In this document: positions 27,001 through 40,650 of the stretch, one piece after another
How the letters are laid out: each line of letters opens with the position of its first letter
Position numbering within the stretch: position 1 is the first letter of the stretch
Assembly (NCBI GenBank): GCA_964016885.1
Contig: OZ024750.1
Location: 51,088,001 to 51,152,000 of the forward strand
Direction: 5' to 3'
Length of the DNA: 64,000 nt
DNA from: Eledone cirrhosa
Taxonomy: Eukaryota
Made by a program: the position numbers and the translations under genes
Notes under the pieces: model-generated
What the model was told of the DNA's origin: nothing
Database searches by the model: none
The model's input: the letters and a program-made list of their open reading frames with translations, nothing else

Positions 27001-28595
27001 ATAGAGAGTAATAGAGAGGAATAGGGAGTAATAGAGAGTAATAGAGAGGAATAGAGTGTAATAGAGTGTAATAGAGAGTAATGGAGAGTAATAGAGAATA
27101 ATAGTGAGGAGTAGAGAGTAATATAGAGTAATAGAGAGGAGTAAAGAGTAATAGAGAATAATGGAGAGTAATAGAGAGTAATAGAGTGAAATAGAGAGTA
27201 ATAGAGAGGAATAGAGAGGAATAGAGAGGACTAGAGAGTAATAGAGAGTAATGAAGACTAATAGAGAGTACTAGAGAGGAATAGAGAGGAATAGAGAGTA
27301 ATAGAGAATAATGGAGAGTAATAGAGAGTAATAGAGTGTAATATAGAGTAATAGAGTGTAATAGAGAGTAATAGAAGTAATAGAGAGGAATAGAGAGCAA
27401 TAAAGAGGAATAAAGAGGAATAGAGAGTAATAGAGAGTAATAGAGAGGAATAGGGAGTAATAGAGAGTAATAGAGAGTAATAGAGAGTAATAGAGAGTAA
27501 TGGAGTGTAATAGAGTGTGATAGTGAGTAATAGGTAGGAATGGAGTGTAATAGATAGTAATAGCGAGTAATAGAGAGTAATGGAGAGTAATAGAGAGTAA
27601 CAGAGAGTAATGGTGTGTAACAGAGTGTAGTAGAGAGTAATGGAGAGTAATAGAGAATAATGGAGAGTAATGGAGAGTAATGGAGAGTTGTGGAGTGTAA
27701 TGGAGTGTAATAGAGAGTAATAGAGAGTAATTGAGAGTAATGGAATGGAATAGAGTTTAATAGGGAGTAATGTAGAGAAATAGAGAGTAATAAAGAATAA
27801 TAGAGAGTAATAGATACTAATAGAGCGTAATAGAGAGTAATAGAGAGTAATAAAGAGTAATGTAGGGTGATAGAATGTAATAGACAGTAATATAGAGTAA
27901 CAGAGAGTAATAGAGTGTAATAGAGAGTAATGAAGAGTAATGGTGAGTAATAGAGAGTAATAGAGTGTAATAGAGAGTAATTGAAAGTAATAGAGAGTAA
28001 TAGAGAGTAATATAATGTAACAGAGAGTAATCGAGTGTAACAGAGAGTAATACAGTAATATAGAGTAATAGCGAGTAATAGAGAGTAATAGAGAGTAATA
28101 GATTGTAATAGAGAGTAATAGAGAGTAATTGAGAGTAATAGTGAGTAATAGAGAGTAATAGAGTGTAATAGAGTGTAATAGAGTGTAATCTAGAATAATA
28201 GAGAGTAATAGAGTGTAATAGAGAGTAATATAGAATAATAGAGAGTAATAGAGAGTAATAGAGTGTAATAAAGAGTAATAGAGAGTAATATATAGTAATA
28301 GAGACCAATTGAGAGTAATAGAGAGTAATAGAGAATAATAGAGCGTAACAGAGTAATAGAGTGTAATAGAGAGTAATACAGTAATATAGAGTAATATAGA
28401 GTAATAGAGAGTGATAGAGAGTTACAGAGAGAAATAGAGAGTGATAGAGTGTAACAGAGAGTAATATAGAATAATAGAGAGGAATAGAGAGTAATAGAGC
28501 GTAATAGAGAGTAATAGAGAGTAATATAGCGTTATAGAGAGTAATAGTGAGTAATTGAGAGTAGTAGAGAGTAATAGAGAGTAATAGAGAGTAAC
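21055..28595. repeat. 10-bp satellite (TAGAGAGTAA)n with higher-order duplications
   Basis: The same variant block recurs at ORF-track anchors 22339, 24272, 25447 and 27400. Confidence 0.97.
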
Positions 28596-28805
28596 ATTAG
28601 TCTCCTAATACATATATGAATATATATTGTGAAAGTCAAATATTAATCTAACAATTAATCAGAGAATTGTCGTCTATAGATAGCATAAAAATAGAAATAA
28701 TTATTATGCACACACACAAACATACACAGACACACACACATATACACACACATACACACACACACATATATATATAGAGAGAGAGATATATATATTATTT
28801 TTACA

Positions 28806-28863
<58 letters not shown>

Positions 28864-28870
28864 CATACAT

Positions 28871-29281
28871 GGTGGCTGCCAACTCGTTTTCTAGTACGGC
28901 CACTACTTTATATCCATGTAGGAGAATCCCTACCGATGCGCTGAACGAGTGTGACTTTTTAGTCCAGCCAGCGACTTGAAAACTCTGGTACAAGCACTAC
29001 ACTTGTGACAATTACTGACACATAGTACTGGGCCCAGGGTACCATGTGATGACAAGTGCAGAGGGATCTCCAGATATAAAGCAATGCCTGTGTCGTGAAG
29101 CTTTCATAGAAAGCAAAGGCACTGCACAAAGCCAGTCCCACTCTCTTAAACAAGATGATATTCACCAAAACAAAGAACAAGTCAACATCATTGGATACCA
29201 TCAGGGTTGCAGGTGTTATATCAGAGTTTTCCTTCTCCTAGAATTCTGCCTTGACAAAGGCTAAGGGGTCATCTCTTCCGA
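28871..29281 (-). mobile_element. Retroelement-like fragment flanked by (CATA)n; related to 62676-62940
   Basis: Shared segment GACCCC.TAGCC.TTGTCA.GGCA..TTCTAGGAGAAGG.AA...GA.ATAA.ACCTGC...GATGTTGA. Confidence 0.5.
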
Positions 29282-29319
29282 ACATACATACATATATACA
29301 TAAATACATACAACAAAAA

Positions 29320-31900
29320 CATACGAAATAAGTGAGGGTTCCCTTGAGACTGTGATAAGAAAACTCCAAGATAAGAAAACACCAGGAAGAGACATGATTG
29401 TCGGCTACTGGTACAAAAAACTAATATTCAATCGGAGGTAACTTACTGACCTCTACCAACAAGTTCTTAAGGGAGATACACTTATACCAGAATGGTTGAC
29501 ATTAACACAAACATTACTGGTCCCCAAGAACAAAGACACTCACTTGGCAAAAAACTACCGACCCATTGCATGCCAGAACCTCATGTATAAGATGTATACA
29601 GCCTGCCTCAACCTATTCGTCCAAGATCACTGTGAAAATAATAACATCATCACAGATGAACAAGCAGCTGGAAAGAAAAGGGTTTGGGGATGTGCTGATC
29701 ACCTTCTAATCAACAAAACTGCGATGTCGGAGGTGCGACAACTTAGGAGGAATATGACTACAGTCTGGCTGGACTACTTTAAAGCTTTCGATTCTGTTCC
29801 TCACTCTTGGATGATAGAGGCCCTCCAACTTGCTAAAGTCCCAGACATTATTGTCAGAGCCATAGAGAGGCTGTCTTCTTCTTGGGCTACTATCCTTAGG
29901 TTAAAGACAGAGAGGGAGGACTCTATTTTCACTGATAAAATAAAATATTGCAGGGGTATATTTCAGGGGGACAGTCTCTCTGTGATATTGTTCATCTTGT
30001 CATTAAACCCCTTGTCGTTTCTGCTCAAGAATTGTGAGGGATACATCACTGACTCAGAGGAGGACAGAAATACGAACCTAACCCATAACTTCTTTGTGGA
30101 CGATCTGAAACTCTATGCCAAGAACATGGATGGGATGAAGAAAAATCTTGACCTCGCTACAACGTTCTCAAAGGATATAGGAATGGAATTTGGCCAAGAT
30201 AAATGATCATACATGACTGTAAAGCGGGGGAAAACAACAGCCCAATCTAGCAACATTGTCATCAATGGTCTAACTGTTTCACCGATATCTGATCAGGACT
30301 GCTACAGATACACGGGGATGGATGAGAACATATCCTATAATGGTATCTGTAATAAAGAACACGTAACTAGGGAATACTACACCCGATTAAGAAAGATCTG
30401 GTCATCGGAACTCTCTGCGCAAAACAAAACAGTGGCTCACAATGTGTTTGCTGTGCCTGTCCTAACACCAACGTTTGGAATACTCAATTGGACGATAGAC
30501 GAAATCCGAGCAGTTGATGTTGGAACTCGAAAAATACTGAACAACACCGGAAACTTCCACATCAACAGTGACATAGACCGCCTTTACTTGAAACATAAGC
30601 AGGGATGCAGAGACCTTACATCAGTCCAGACAACATTTGAATGTCGCATCATATCTCTCCGACAACATCTACGAACCTTGAAGCGTAGGAGCCCGCTTCT
30701 CAAGCAAGTCTATCTGCATGAAACAGATAAGATCATGAGAGTTGGGAAGGAACTCCTTGAGAGATATTCCCTGTGTGATAATCAAAAACTCAAAACCAGG
30801 GATGTCGCTCAGCAGTATCGCAGTGAATCCATGGATGAAAAACAGCATGCCTATCAGCAAAAATTCATGCATGGATATGTTGCCAGGAAGCTCCAGAGCG
30901 AGAGTAATATAGATAAGGAAAGTAGTCTATCTTGGACCAACAACCGCTATATTGGCTCCCACTTTGAAGGATACGCTTTTGCAATCCAAAACAGGAGATT
31001 AGCACGAAATACCTGATTCACAAAAGAGATAAGGATGCAGGCAAAACACCTAGATGTGATAACAAGTGCAGGCTCTGCAGAACTAACATAGAGGATATCA
31101 CCCATGTAAGCAGCAGCTGTCCAAAGATGTCATCGCGGTACTATCTAACTATGAGGCATGATGTAGTGGCCAAAACACTGTACAATGCAGTTCCTAAAAA
31201 AGATAGCCCTGATAATAAACACATTAAAAGCTACAACAATGTGGAAGACATCCATGTGCATAATATGAAAAAGTACTAGTAGAATGTTCCAGTAAAAACC
31301 CCAATAAAATGCAGGCATAACAGACCAGATATTATGATATGGGACAGGGAGAAGAAAACATGCACAGTAGTGGAAATTAGCTGCCCAGCAGATGCCAATA
31401 TAATATCAAAGATTAGTGAAAAGGAGAATATTTATGCAGAACTGATGAGAAATCTGCAGATACTCCAACCTGATTACACCTTCAGATTTATGCCTGTGAT
31501 TATTGGGGTACTGGGATATGTTAGTAACTGCCTCAATACAAATCTTGAGAAGCTAGGCTTCACAGGAACAGAAAGAACACAACTAGTTAGGAAATTACAA
31601 GTACAATCCATTAATGGAACAGTAAAAATATGTAAACATTCCAAAAATGTTGCATTTAATAACTGCATATACACATGTACAGTTACAAAGCATACACACA
31701 TGCACACACACAACTCAAAACATACACATCCACACATACAATAACATCCATATCTACACATGCATACATACATATCTACCTAGTTGATGTTGTGTAAATT
31801 CCAATGAGAGAGTCTTGTGTCTATGTTAGAAACCGACTCTCTATTGGTAAAACTTTGTGAAATTATGAAACCAGAAGAACATACATACATACATACATAC
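29320..31900 (+). mobile_element. 5'-truncated RLE-type non-LTR retrotransposon (R4/Dong-like)
   Basis: RT, CCHC and restriction-like endonuclease motifs; ends in (CATA)n. Confidence 0.85.
29330..31660 (+). pseudogene. RT-CCHC-RLE ORF of the R4/Dong-like LINE (stops and frameshifts)
   Basis: NYRPIAC, WLDYFKAFDSVPH, GIFQGDSLS, FVDDLKLY, CRLC..H....C, RHD, RPDI..VVEISCP. Confidence 0.88.
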
Positions 31901-32126
31901 GAATGTACGTAATACATACATATATGACTATACAACAGTATACAGCAACAATATGAACGACAATGCAAAATAACGGCATTGTGATACTAAACACACTTCT
32001 AACTGCTCTCATTACTGTCCAATATAGGTGACCATCATTCATAATATCAACAGAAGAAGTACTTCTATCACTGGAACACAAGTGACACCATTTTCTAAAG
32101 CCTTAGTCGGAGAAATATATGTATTA

Positions 32127-35100
32127 CTGGCAGTTTAGCCCGGCGTTGCTCGGGTTTGTTCATTTAGCTATGAAAAGTTACATACAGGTAAACGTGGCTT
32201 GAAAGCGAATAAGCTTATCAATTAAGTGCATAAAGCAGTTGAACCGGTTATTAAAAGTTACGAACCAATTAGCATTTTGGACAATCAATGATGGGTTAAT
32301 AATCTTCCAATAGCGAATTTTGTAGACAAAAGTTGTAAGATGGTGGCGCTGATGCCGCTGGGTGTCAGATCTGCCCTACTAGGAAATAGTTTTCCAGACG
32401 GCATAGCTCCAACACCGCCAACACCTTCACCCACATCTATAGCACCTCTTTGTAGACGATATTGCGTTTCATCCCTTGAGCACTGTAAGCAAAAAGTCCA
32501 TTCCTGCTCCCTACTCGGGAAACAGGCAAGATAAAGTTGGCCATGGGAGAAGCATGGCTCCTCCAAATGGATGCCCGCCACCGACAATGTTTGCCCTTGT
32601 GACTTGTTAATGGACATGGCAAACATGGTCTCACCGGGAATTAGGATCGCCGGAAATCGAACGGGATATCTGACGCCGAGGGGAAAAGGTTCATCCTTCG
32701 AATGAAAACATTCTATCCTCTCCCGCACCCGTTACAATGGTGGCCTCAATCAAGTGGGGCGTCAGTAACTTGACGATCATGCGAGTACCGTTGTACTGCT
32801 TTGGTGGACGCAAGTTCCTTATTAGCATAATGGGACAGCCAACCCTAAGCTTAAGAATGTGAGGTGGGAGTCCTAGGGGCTCAAGGGAATTTAATAACTC
32901 AACCGGATAATTAACGATATCGTCGGGATCTGACGTCCAGTCGATAGATTTGAAGATGGCTCTTTACTGGGAATCTTCTCAATCAGCTGCTCGTTAATAA
33001 AATTAACCATGGTATTTTTCGGTGCAAGGATGGCTCTTTCGCTGAGCCAATTGAGGTTTTTAAAGTTAGATGAGACATTAGGAAAAACTGCTTCCCAAAG
33101 GTCAGAAGGGCTGCTCACAATATTGCACAGGGAGTCGATTGCTATGCCGCCCTTGTCATCCGCAAGGACCTTGCCCTCACCAAGTGCTAAAATGTTCTGA
33201 GCAAATGCTGCAGACATGTTGTCACCATGCAAATGAGCACGCATATTTGTGCTCAGGTACAAACTCTTAAACTGGAGCCACAACATGGACGATTTAAGGC
33301 AGGCACGCACTTTATCAGCTCTTGTCTCTTTGGGGATGACAGGCAGCGTTTGCCGAAAATCCCCTGATAGCAGAAAGGTTACGCTAACCATAGGAGCCGT
33401 AGAATCCCTAATGTCTTTCAGGGTCCTGTACAATGCACCCTTCTGTGCCATTGTGCGCTCATCTTAAACAATTAGGCAACATTTTTTGAGAACCAGAGCT
33501 TCGTGTGAACTCTCGCTGATATTGCATGTTGGTGTCTCAGTTTTTACTAAATCCAAGAGGAGTTTAAAAGCTGAATGTAGATAATGTCACTGTAACCAAC
33601 TTCCACTGAAGGATACTTCAGATGATCCAGGCGCAGGAAGTCCTCAGACATGAAGTCTCTGTACTGGACCCATAAAGATTTGGGATCACCCAATTCACAC
33701 TTTTGAAGCAAAATGGCAAAGAGTTCCCGTAGACTTTTAGGTGATTTCAACAAAGCACCATCTGCTAAAGTGGAATCCCATTGCGAATCATCTTCCAAAA
33801 CACCACGCTTAAAGCAGGCTTCCTGGTACGTATCACATATTTCTCCATCAACAGTTTTGAGGTTCTGAAAACTTTGTGGGCCTACAACTTCATGCAGAAG
33901 AAGGTGGAGATGAAAGCAATCATGCTGACTTGGAGGCACAGTGTAAACCCTTCCAAGACAGCTGTCAGATTTTACACCAGGGTGTCTTTCAACAGCCTGA
34001 CCTGACTTTCTTCGCACACAAGTGTTTTTCGACCATATAAAGTAGGATGGAACCTGGGGGTACACAATTGTTTGCGCAAATATATCCAACTGGCAAAGTT
34101 TGAAGAACCCCGTCAGAGTGGTCTCTTTCGGATCGGTGGCCAACTTGGTGACGGTTTGGTCCGTAAAGTAAACCCTTTGCCCATTTTCCAAATGTACCAC
34201 AAGCTGTACGATGGTGGGGTGCCGTTGGTGTAGGGGTAAACCAAATAAGCGCCAAAAAGCTTCATTGCTACTGATGTACCGCCCCGCCAGGTATTCTATG
34301 ACCTCCTCCCTGCTATTTTCAGCTTGAAATGCGAACATTGCGGCATCAGAGAGCCCTTATTTAGATATTTGTATATGTATTTTATCGACTTGAGGGAGTT
34401 GCAAAACTCAACGTTGATGTGAGCGTTGAAGATCGCCAAGAGAAGCGGGCAGTAAGGGACCACCCATCTATTGTCGACTTGGCCTCTCTTTACTGTTGTG
34501 GTGAAGCCACCGTTCTCCGGCCGTCTCCGCCTGTACAGGGGGTACCCGTCGCCACGAGTCTGAGTCTGGTCAACAAATTTTTGGGGGTATCCCTTACTGC
34601 ACGACCCCCCTTTCAGACAGGTGTGATGCTCATTAGGATCCGACGCACACGGACCATGTTAGCTTTGACGATGTCATGTAATTCATGGTCAGTTGCTGGG
34701 TTAGGGATTTCAGCCAAAATGAAGCTGTCTATGGCATTTGAATTGATTTTATCAGCTCACCAAATCAAAATGTCAGCATGTGGCAGCCCTCGTTTTTGCC
34801 ATTCGACGGTGAACATGTCACATTTTACAGCCCCATATACCTGACTCTTTTTGATTAAAGCCATGAGTTTAGCCAGTTTCAGTCTGAACACTTTGGCAAT
34901 GAGGTCATGTCTGTTCGAATAATTTTTCCCATGAAAAAGTTCACGGGTTACATTCCGATTCATATGTCTATAGCATTAATCTGTTATATGAAGTGGTATT
35001 TTGCAGGTTGTTATTTGCAATAAGCCGATTGAAAATGCCCCAGATAAGCCGTATGTCAATATGGAACGCTCCACTGCAGTGTTGTCATATAGGGAGTGAA

Positions 35101-35409
35101 GGGCGCCAGAGAGAGTAAAGCATTTAAATTATAGAGGGAATATACCGAACCGTCCTTTTGATCATACATATTGTATCTCTCTCTGCTGTGTTGTCATATA
35201 GGGAGTGAAGAGCGACAGAGGGAGTAAAGCAGTTAAATTATAGAGAGGGGGAATGATCATGATAGATTTTTTCCCTTATTGTTGAGGGATTTGAAATTGT
35301 TTTTGCTTCATGACCTTTTCCTGACAAAAAGCAATAATTGTCCCGACTTTGAATCCGTTGGAAATTGTGGACGTGAATCGGTTACAAACCTTAACACACA
35401 CATCCTCAG

Positions 35410-35420
<11 letters not shown>
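32127..35420 (-). mobile_element. Decayed, internally deleted autonomous Helitron
   Basis: Rep-helicase fragments; 3' hairpin CCCGAGCAACGCCGGG then CCAG (CTAG-like) at 32127; 5' TATATAAATCTGAGGATGT resembles the start of the 53909 element. Confidence 0.85.
32437..34963 (-). pseudogene. Helitron Rep/Pif1 helicase fragments
   Basis: VEWQKRGLPHA (Rep motif), GDFRQTLPVI, LSTNMR, RAILAPKN, FAMSINKSQGQTL, FSHGQLY. Confidence 0.92.
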
Positions 35421-35454
<34 letters not shown>

Positions 35455-35463
<9 letters not shown>

Positions 35464-35796
35464 ATACTTGGGGAGGGTCATATTTGTGTAATATTGCCAG
35501 AATTAATAACAGAACACACTCACTGTTTGGTTGGTTTTCGCTTCTCGCTGTCTTTTATATCGGTAATCTAACTTACTCGGTCCTCAATGTTGCCATTGAC
35601 TGACATTGAGTTGAGGACCGAGTAAGTTAGATTACCGATATAAAAGACAGCGAGAGCGAAAACCAACCAAACAGTGAGTGTGTTCTGTTATTAATTCTGG
35701 CAATATTACACAAATATGACCCTCCCCAAGTATAACAATATTTGTTTCGACACACGATTTCATATAAAAAAACCTCGCAAAACTAATTCATCGCCG

Positions 35797-35797
<1 letters not shown>
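35455..35797. mobile_element. Fold-back derivative of the pLTR of the 42655-44370 Penelope element
   Basis: Arms 35455-35587 and 35611-35741 are inverted and match 44240-44370. Confidence 0.8.
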
Positions 35798-35844
<47 letters not shown>

Positions 35845-35884
35845 GATATTAAATAAATGGAAACTATATTTATAAAACCATATT

Positions 35885-35950
35885 TATTTCATTATATATA
35901 TTTCAGGGATATCATATTAACAATATGTTATGCCTTCTTCAGACAGAATA
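35885..35950 (-). ncRNA. Type I hammerhead motif
   Basis: Reverse complement of 36184-36249, with one helix I mismatch. Confidence 0.75.
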
Positions 35951-36183
35951 CAATATAGACAGTTTTATAGATAAATAGATTTGACATACCGTTCAACATC
36001 GACTTGTATTTGAAAAAGTTGATTTGGCAGTGAAAAATTTCTTCTTTTTCGTCATTTTCTTTCTTTCTTTCCTTCTTTCTTTCTTTCTGTTTACAATTTT
36101 TCACTGCCAAATCAACTTTTTCAAATACAAGTCGATGTTGAACGGTATGTCAAATCTATTTATCTATAAAACTGTCTATATTG

Positions 36184-36249
36184 TATTTTGTCTGAAGAAG
36201 GCATAACATATTGTTAATATGATATCCCTGAAATATATATAATGAAATA
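36184..36249 (+). ncRNA. Type I hammerhead motif
   Basis: UAUUUUGU-CUGAAGA-helix II-GAAA-UAUAUA-UA-AUGAAAUA; N7 differs from 4761 (A vs G), as expected at the variable position. Confidence 0.82.
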
Positions 36250-36378
36250 AATATGGTTTTATAAATATAGTTTCCATTTATTTAATATCGTAAATATACT
36301 CCAAATACTTGTTGAGTGCTTTTATATCAGTTATTAATATTTACTAGTTGTAACCCAACAATTTAAATATAACTTTCC

Positions 36379-36409
<31 letters not shown>

Positions 36410-37142
36410 GTGTATATATATATATATATTATATATATATTATATATATATAAATGTATATATATATAGAGATTCGATTTTACTGATTTCCAATTATATT
36501 ATTTAATAATTAACTAATTAATTTAATTAGACAATTCTGTTGATTGGTTAATTATTAGTGTTTGTTTTATAACATCTAGTCGAGAGCTTATCATGATGAT
36601 TAGCGGAAATTTAAAATATTTCCTTTCGCTAACATTTTGAATGAACCGCCTGGGACCGGGGGTTATTTCCCTTGCCGGAATTAACACGTGATAATTATAG
36701 ATACGATAAGCAGCATGTAGCAGCAACATATAATTTATCACTCCTATCCTAGGAAGAGCGATATACCTTTTGATAAACTGAATCCTACGTTCGAACCCCA
36801 ATACCATGAGCTTGCCTTTCAAGTAAGTCTGATATTTGATTTCGGATTCAAAGAAACACTTTAAACTATTGTTCGTTTAATTTGTCCAGGTGTACTTTTA
36901 TAAACCTGATTAGTTTTATCGTTGCTTTGGTATGTATTGTGTTAGTTTAGCCTACCACAATGTTCGATTTGTCAAGCTATTTAAACGTATGTTATTACTC
37001 TAAGGCCCTACCTTATCGAGCGCTTTGCTAACTCATCACTTCATATAAGTAGGCCGAATTTACTTGCAAACCGCCAGAGATTCGATTTTACTGATTTCCA
37101 ATTATATATATATATATATACATATATTATATATATAACGAT

Positions 37143-37331
37143 ATAACGAAGGAGGTGTGGTAAGGAACCATATGGACCATAAAGTATACTTAGGGTAGTA
37201 GAGTGGGTAATAGGAAAATGTTTAAGCCCGACGGCAGAGCTCAAGACGTTTCGACGGCTATTTCTGGAATGAGTCCAGAAATACCCGTCGAAACGGCATG
37301 AGCTCTGCCGTCGGGCTTAAATATTTTCCTA
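37143..37331 (-). mobile_element. Half-hammerhead fold-back pLTR copy (diverged subfamily)
   Basis: Homologous to 4886-5082; the plus-strand arm has helix III CGGCA/UGCCG. Confidence 0.75.
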
Positions 37332-37350
37332 TATATATATATATATATAT

Positions 37351-37881
37351 ACTGTTGGTACTTTCTGAGGAACACCAACAGTGTGAAACAGAATCTGTCA
37401 ACTTCTCTCCCTTCCTTTGCCGAAAAGAGAAGTAAGTGACATAGTCACTACTTTAAAATGATAGCGCAAGGTTTTCAAAATGTTTTTAATTAAACATACG
37501 GTATATTACCAAATATATTATACATACATTCATGTACATATCGCTATTTCAGAGTACCAATCCTAATTTTTAATTTTTGCTGGACCGGCAATAGCTCCTC
37601 ATTAGTTCCTGATTATTACTGGAATTCTATAAGAATCCAGCCTCTATAATTTTCGGCAGAGGTCAGGGAGTGCGTTGCTCTGAGGAACACCAACAGTGTG
37701 AAACAGAATCTGTCAGCTTCTCTCCCTTCCTTTGCCGAAAAAAGAAGTAAGTGACATAGTCACTACTCTAAAATAATAGCGCAAGGTCTGCAAAATGTTT
37801 TTAATTAAACATACGGTATATTACCAAATATATTATACATACATTCATGTATACATCTCTGTTTCAGAGTACCAATCCTAA

Positions 37882-37890
<9 letters not shown>
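37351..37890 (+). mobile_element. Retrozyme-like tandem array (315-bp unit) in (TA)n
   Basis: HHR cores at 37365 and 37680; body homologous to the 310/312-bp family. Confidence 0.85.
37677..37717 (+). ncRNA. Type I hammerhead (GUC); a second copy lacking helix I at 37365-37399
   Basis: GCU-CUGAGGA-ACAC CAACA GUGU-GAAA-CAG AAU CUG-UC-AGC; outer stem UUUCGGCAGAGG..AGGGAG/CUCCCU..CCUUUGCCGAAA. Confidence 0.9.
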
Positions 37891-37913
<23 letters not shown>

Positions 37914-38008
37914 CACAGAAAATAGAGAATCAGTGTAGCGACGAAAGGAATTCATTTATCCAACACCAATTATATATATTTATATATATATTTATATACG
38001 GCAGTAAT

Positions 38009-39867
38009 ATGGAAAGGCATCATATAGGTATGTCACTTAAAAACATACCTATACATAACAAAAGGGAATACATTCTTGGTATGATACAACGCAATAACGA
38101 CTTTATTCGGCGTGTACGATGGAAGTCTTTCCATTTCGAAAAGGGACACGCCAGTCACTCGTCTGAATCATATGGTTTTAAATCATGTAAAACCCCACCC
38201 ACAAACCCCCATCTGGATGCTTTGGAACAAGACTTAATGAATACGGCCATGAATATTAAGTTTACCAAACATAGAAGTAATGAGCTGCAGAGCAACATGA
38301 AAGCACTACTCCGAAGACTGCAAAATACCAATGGAATTGTTGTGAAAGCGGACAAGACCTCTAACGTGTATACCATGGATATCGATACGTACAACAGCTT
38401 CATACGCAAAGAACTACATAAGAAATATAGAAAAACAAATGGAACTACGCTAGCAAATATTAACAAAGAGGCATACATGGTGGTGAAGAATCTCAGGATA
38501 GACGAACCGAGCTGATTATACCCGCTACCCCCACCTTCAACCTGAAGGACCATAAGGTAAATTTTGACTCTAACCCTAAGATTAGACTTATATACCCTTC
38601 TAAATCAGACATAGGAAAAATTAACAAATATATACTTGACAGAGTAATAATTCAATTGAAAAAGAAAATAGAAATTAAATTATGGGGCAACACTAGCGAA
38701 GCAATTCGCTGGTTTAATAACGTTAAGAATAAGAATAAATCTAAGTTTATACAATTTGACATAGACGAATACTACTCTTCAATCTCACCCGGCACTTTAC
38801 ATAAGGCCCTATCGTTTGCTAAAGTCAATTCCGACCTAACGGAGCACGAAATTAATATTATTCTAGAGGCTAGAAAAACTATTATCAAGTTTGATAACTG
38901 CTACTGGGAACGTAAGGACAGACCCACAAACTTCGACATTACCATGGGCTCCAACGACTCAGCGGAGGTCACCGATCTTGTGGGAATTTACATAGCCCGC
39001 ATACGACATGGTATATTTAGTAATCTACAGGGGGGAATATAAAGAGATTACGGGTTCTTATTAGTTAATAACTTAAATAACCAAAATCTTGAAAGGCTAC
39101 GGAAAAACATTAGAAAATCTTTTAGTGAACTGGGTCTAAAAATAACGTACGAATATAATCTTAAAGTAGTAAATTTTCTAGACGTAACTCTTAATTTAAA
39201 TACCGGACTGATACGACCCTTCCACAAGATAAATTAGAACCTTACCTATATCAATTTTAACTCAAACCACCCACTTTCCATGATCAAATCGGTTCCCTGT
39301 AGTATTTCTCTTAGAATCTCTCGCTTATCGTCTGACTCTGAGATTTTCAGTGAACATGCAGAATACTATAATAATGCATTAAGGAATGCCGACCACCGGA
39401 ATACAATAGAATACATTGATAAGTATCTCCATAACACACATAGCTCTACACGAAATCAAAGATTACGTAACCGGGGTACAGAAATACAAGCTCACACACG
39501 CAGTACCACCAGACATACTAATAATAGAAAATCATCACCAAATAAATCACGTTGTAGAAAGTATATCTGGTATAATCCCATTTTTAATGCTTCGATTAGT
39601 ACAAAACTATCTCTTTCATTCTTTAAGTTAATCAACAAACATTTCCCTAGTTCTCATAAATACAGTAAAATTCTGAACTCTAAAACTCTTAAACTATCAT
39701 ACTCCACAGCACCAAACCTTGAAGCATACATACCTAAACTTAACTTAAAGCAATTAAACAACACTACAAAGCAAATTATTTTAATAACAGATGAGCATAA
39801 CATAGTATCGGCTCTAGAAACAGCAGTCAAGACAACTAGAAACAGCAGTCAATTCTTTTCAAATTAA
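38009..39867 (+). pseudogene. Penelope-like RT ORF (N-terminus to thumb; frameshifts and stops; GIY-YIG missing)
   Basis: SLKNIP, RRVRWK, KADKTSN, QFDIDEYYSSI, ITMGS.DSAE..DLVG, VNFLDVTL, SNHP, WYNP, KLSYS. Confidence 0.88.
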
Positions 39868-40461
39868 ATTTAGATTAAATTCACTTTGATTTATCTTAAT
39901 TTTGGATATAGATATATAAATACGGCTCCTTAATTGTAGAGCTAACTCTGTTTCTAATTGTCGATAACCATATTCAGGCCACTGGGACGAAGCTGGTATG
40001 ATGTGTGTATTTTTAGTAGATACAGCACGTGTTACTGGCCAGTCGCTGATTTGAACTTAATGCGTAAACACAGATGGCTGGACTTCTTCCTTGTTGAAAA
40101 TCCAAGTATCGGCCTACGTGGTTTACCATTCGATTAATTGGTGAAATATATTTCTTTAATGGAATATATACAGGGAAGATAAATCATATTATAAGGTATC
40201 TATTTTTGAAGTTCTAGTTAACTTTATTTAGTTACCTACCTAGCTATGTGTGCTTACACACTTGTAAAAATTATCCCCTGTGATTGATTCATATGTTTAT
40301 TTATATGTTAATCAATTTCTATTTGTTATAAAATGCTCGGACCTATTCATTAGAATCTTGGAGCTTATTTTACGGGTGATATGGTGCATGCCTTTCTGGC
40401 ATGACACCCATAATTTTGATTTAGATTAAATTCACTTTGATTTATCTTAATTTTGGATATA

Positions 40462-40543
<82 letters not shown>

Positions 40544-40650
40544 TAAAAGGAATTCCAACATTGATTTAGTCGTTTTATTTACAATCCTTTAAAATCATAA
40601 TGGTATTAGAAGGAAATAGTATGGTAGAATATTAAATGTTAAGTGTTAAT

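Larger units (their letters stand above)
35842..36380. mobile_element. Fold-back element with two hammerheads (same family as 3577-4860)
   Basis: Arms 35842-36040 and 36095-36292; (TA)n flanks. Confidence 0.8.

Noticed and set aside
20977-28308. Leu/Ser/Tyr-rich ORFs
   Set aside because: They are antisense readings of the 10-bp satellite.
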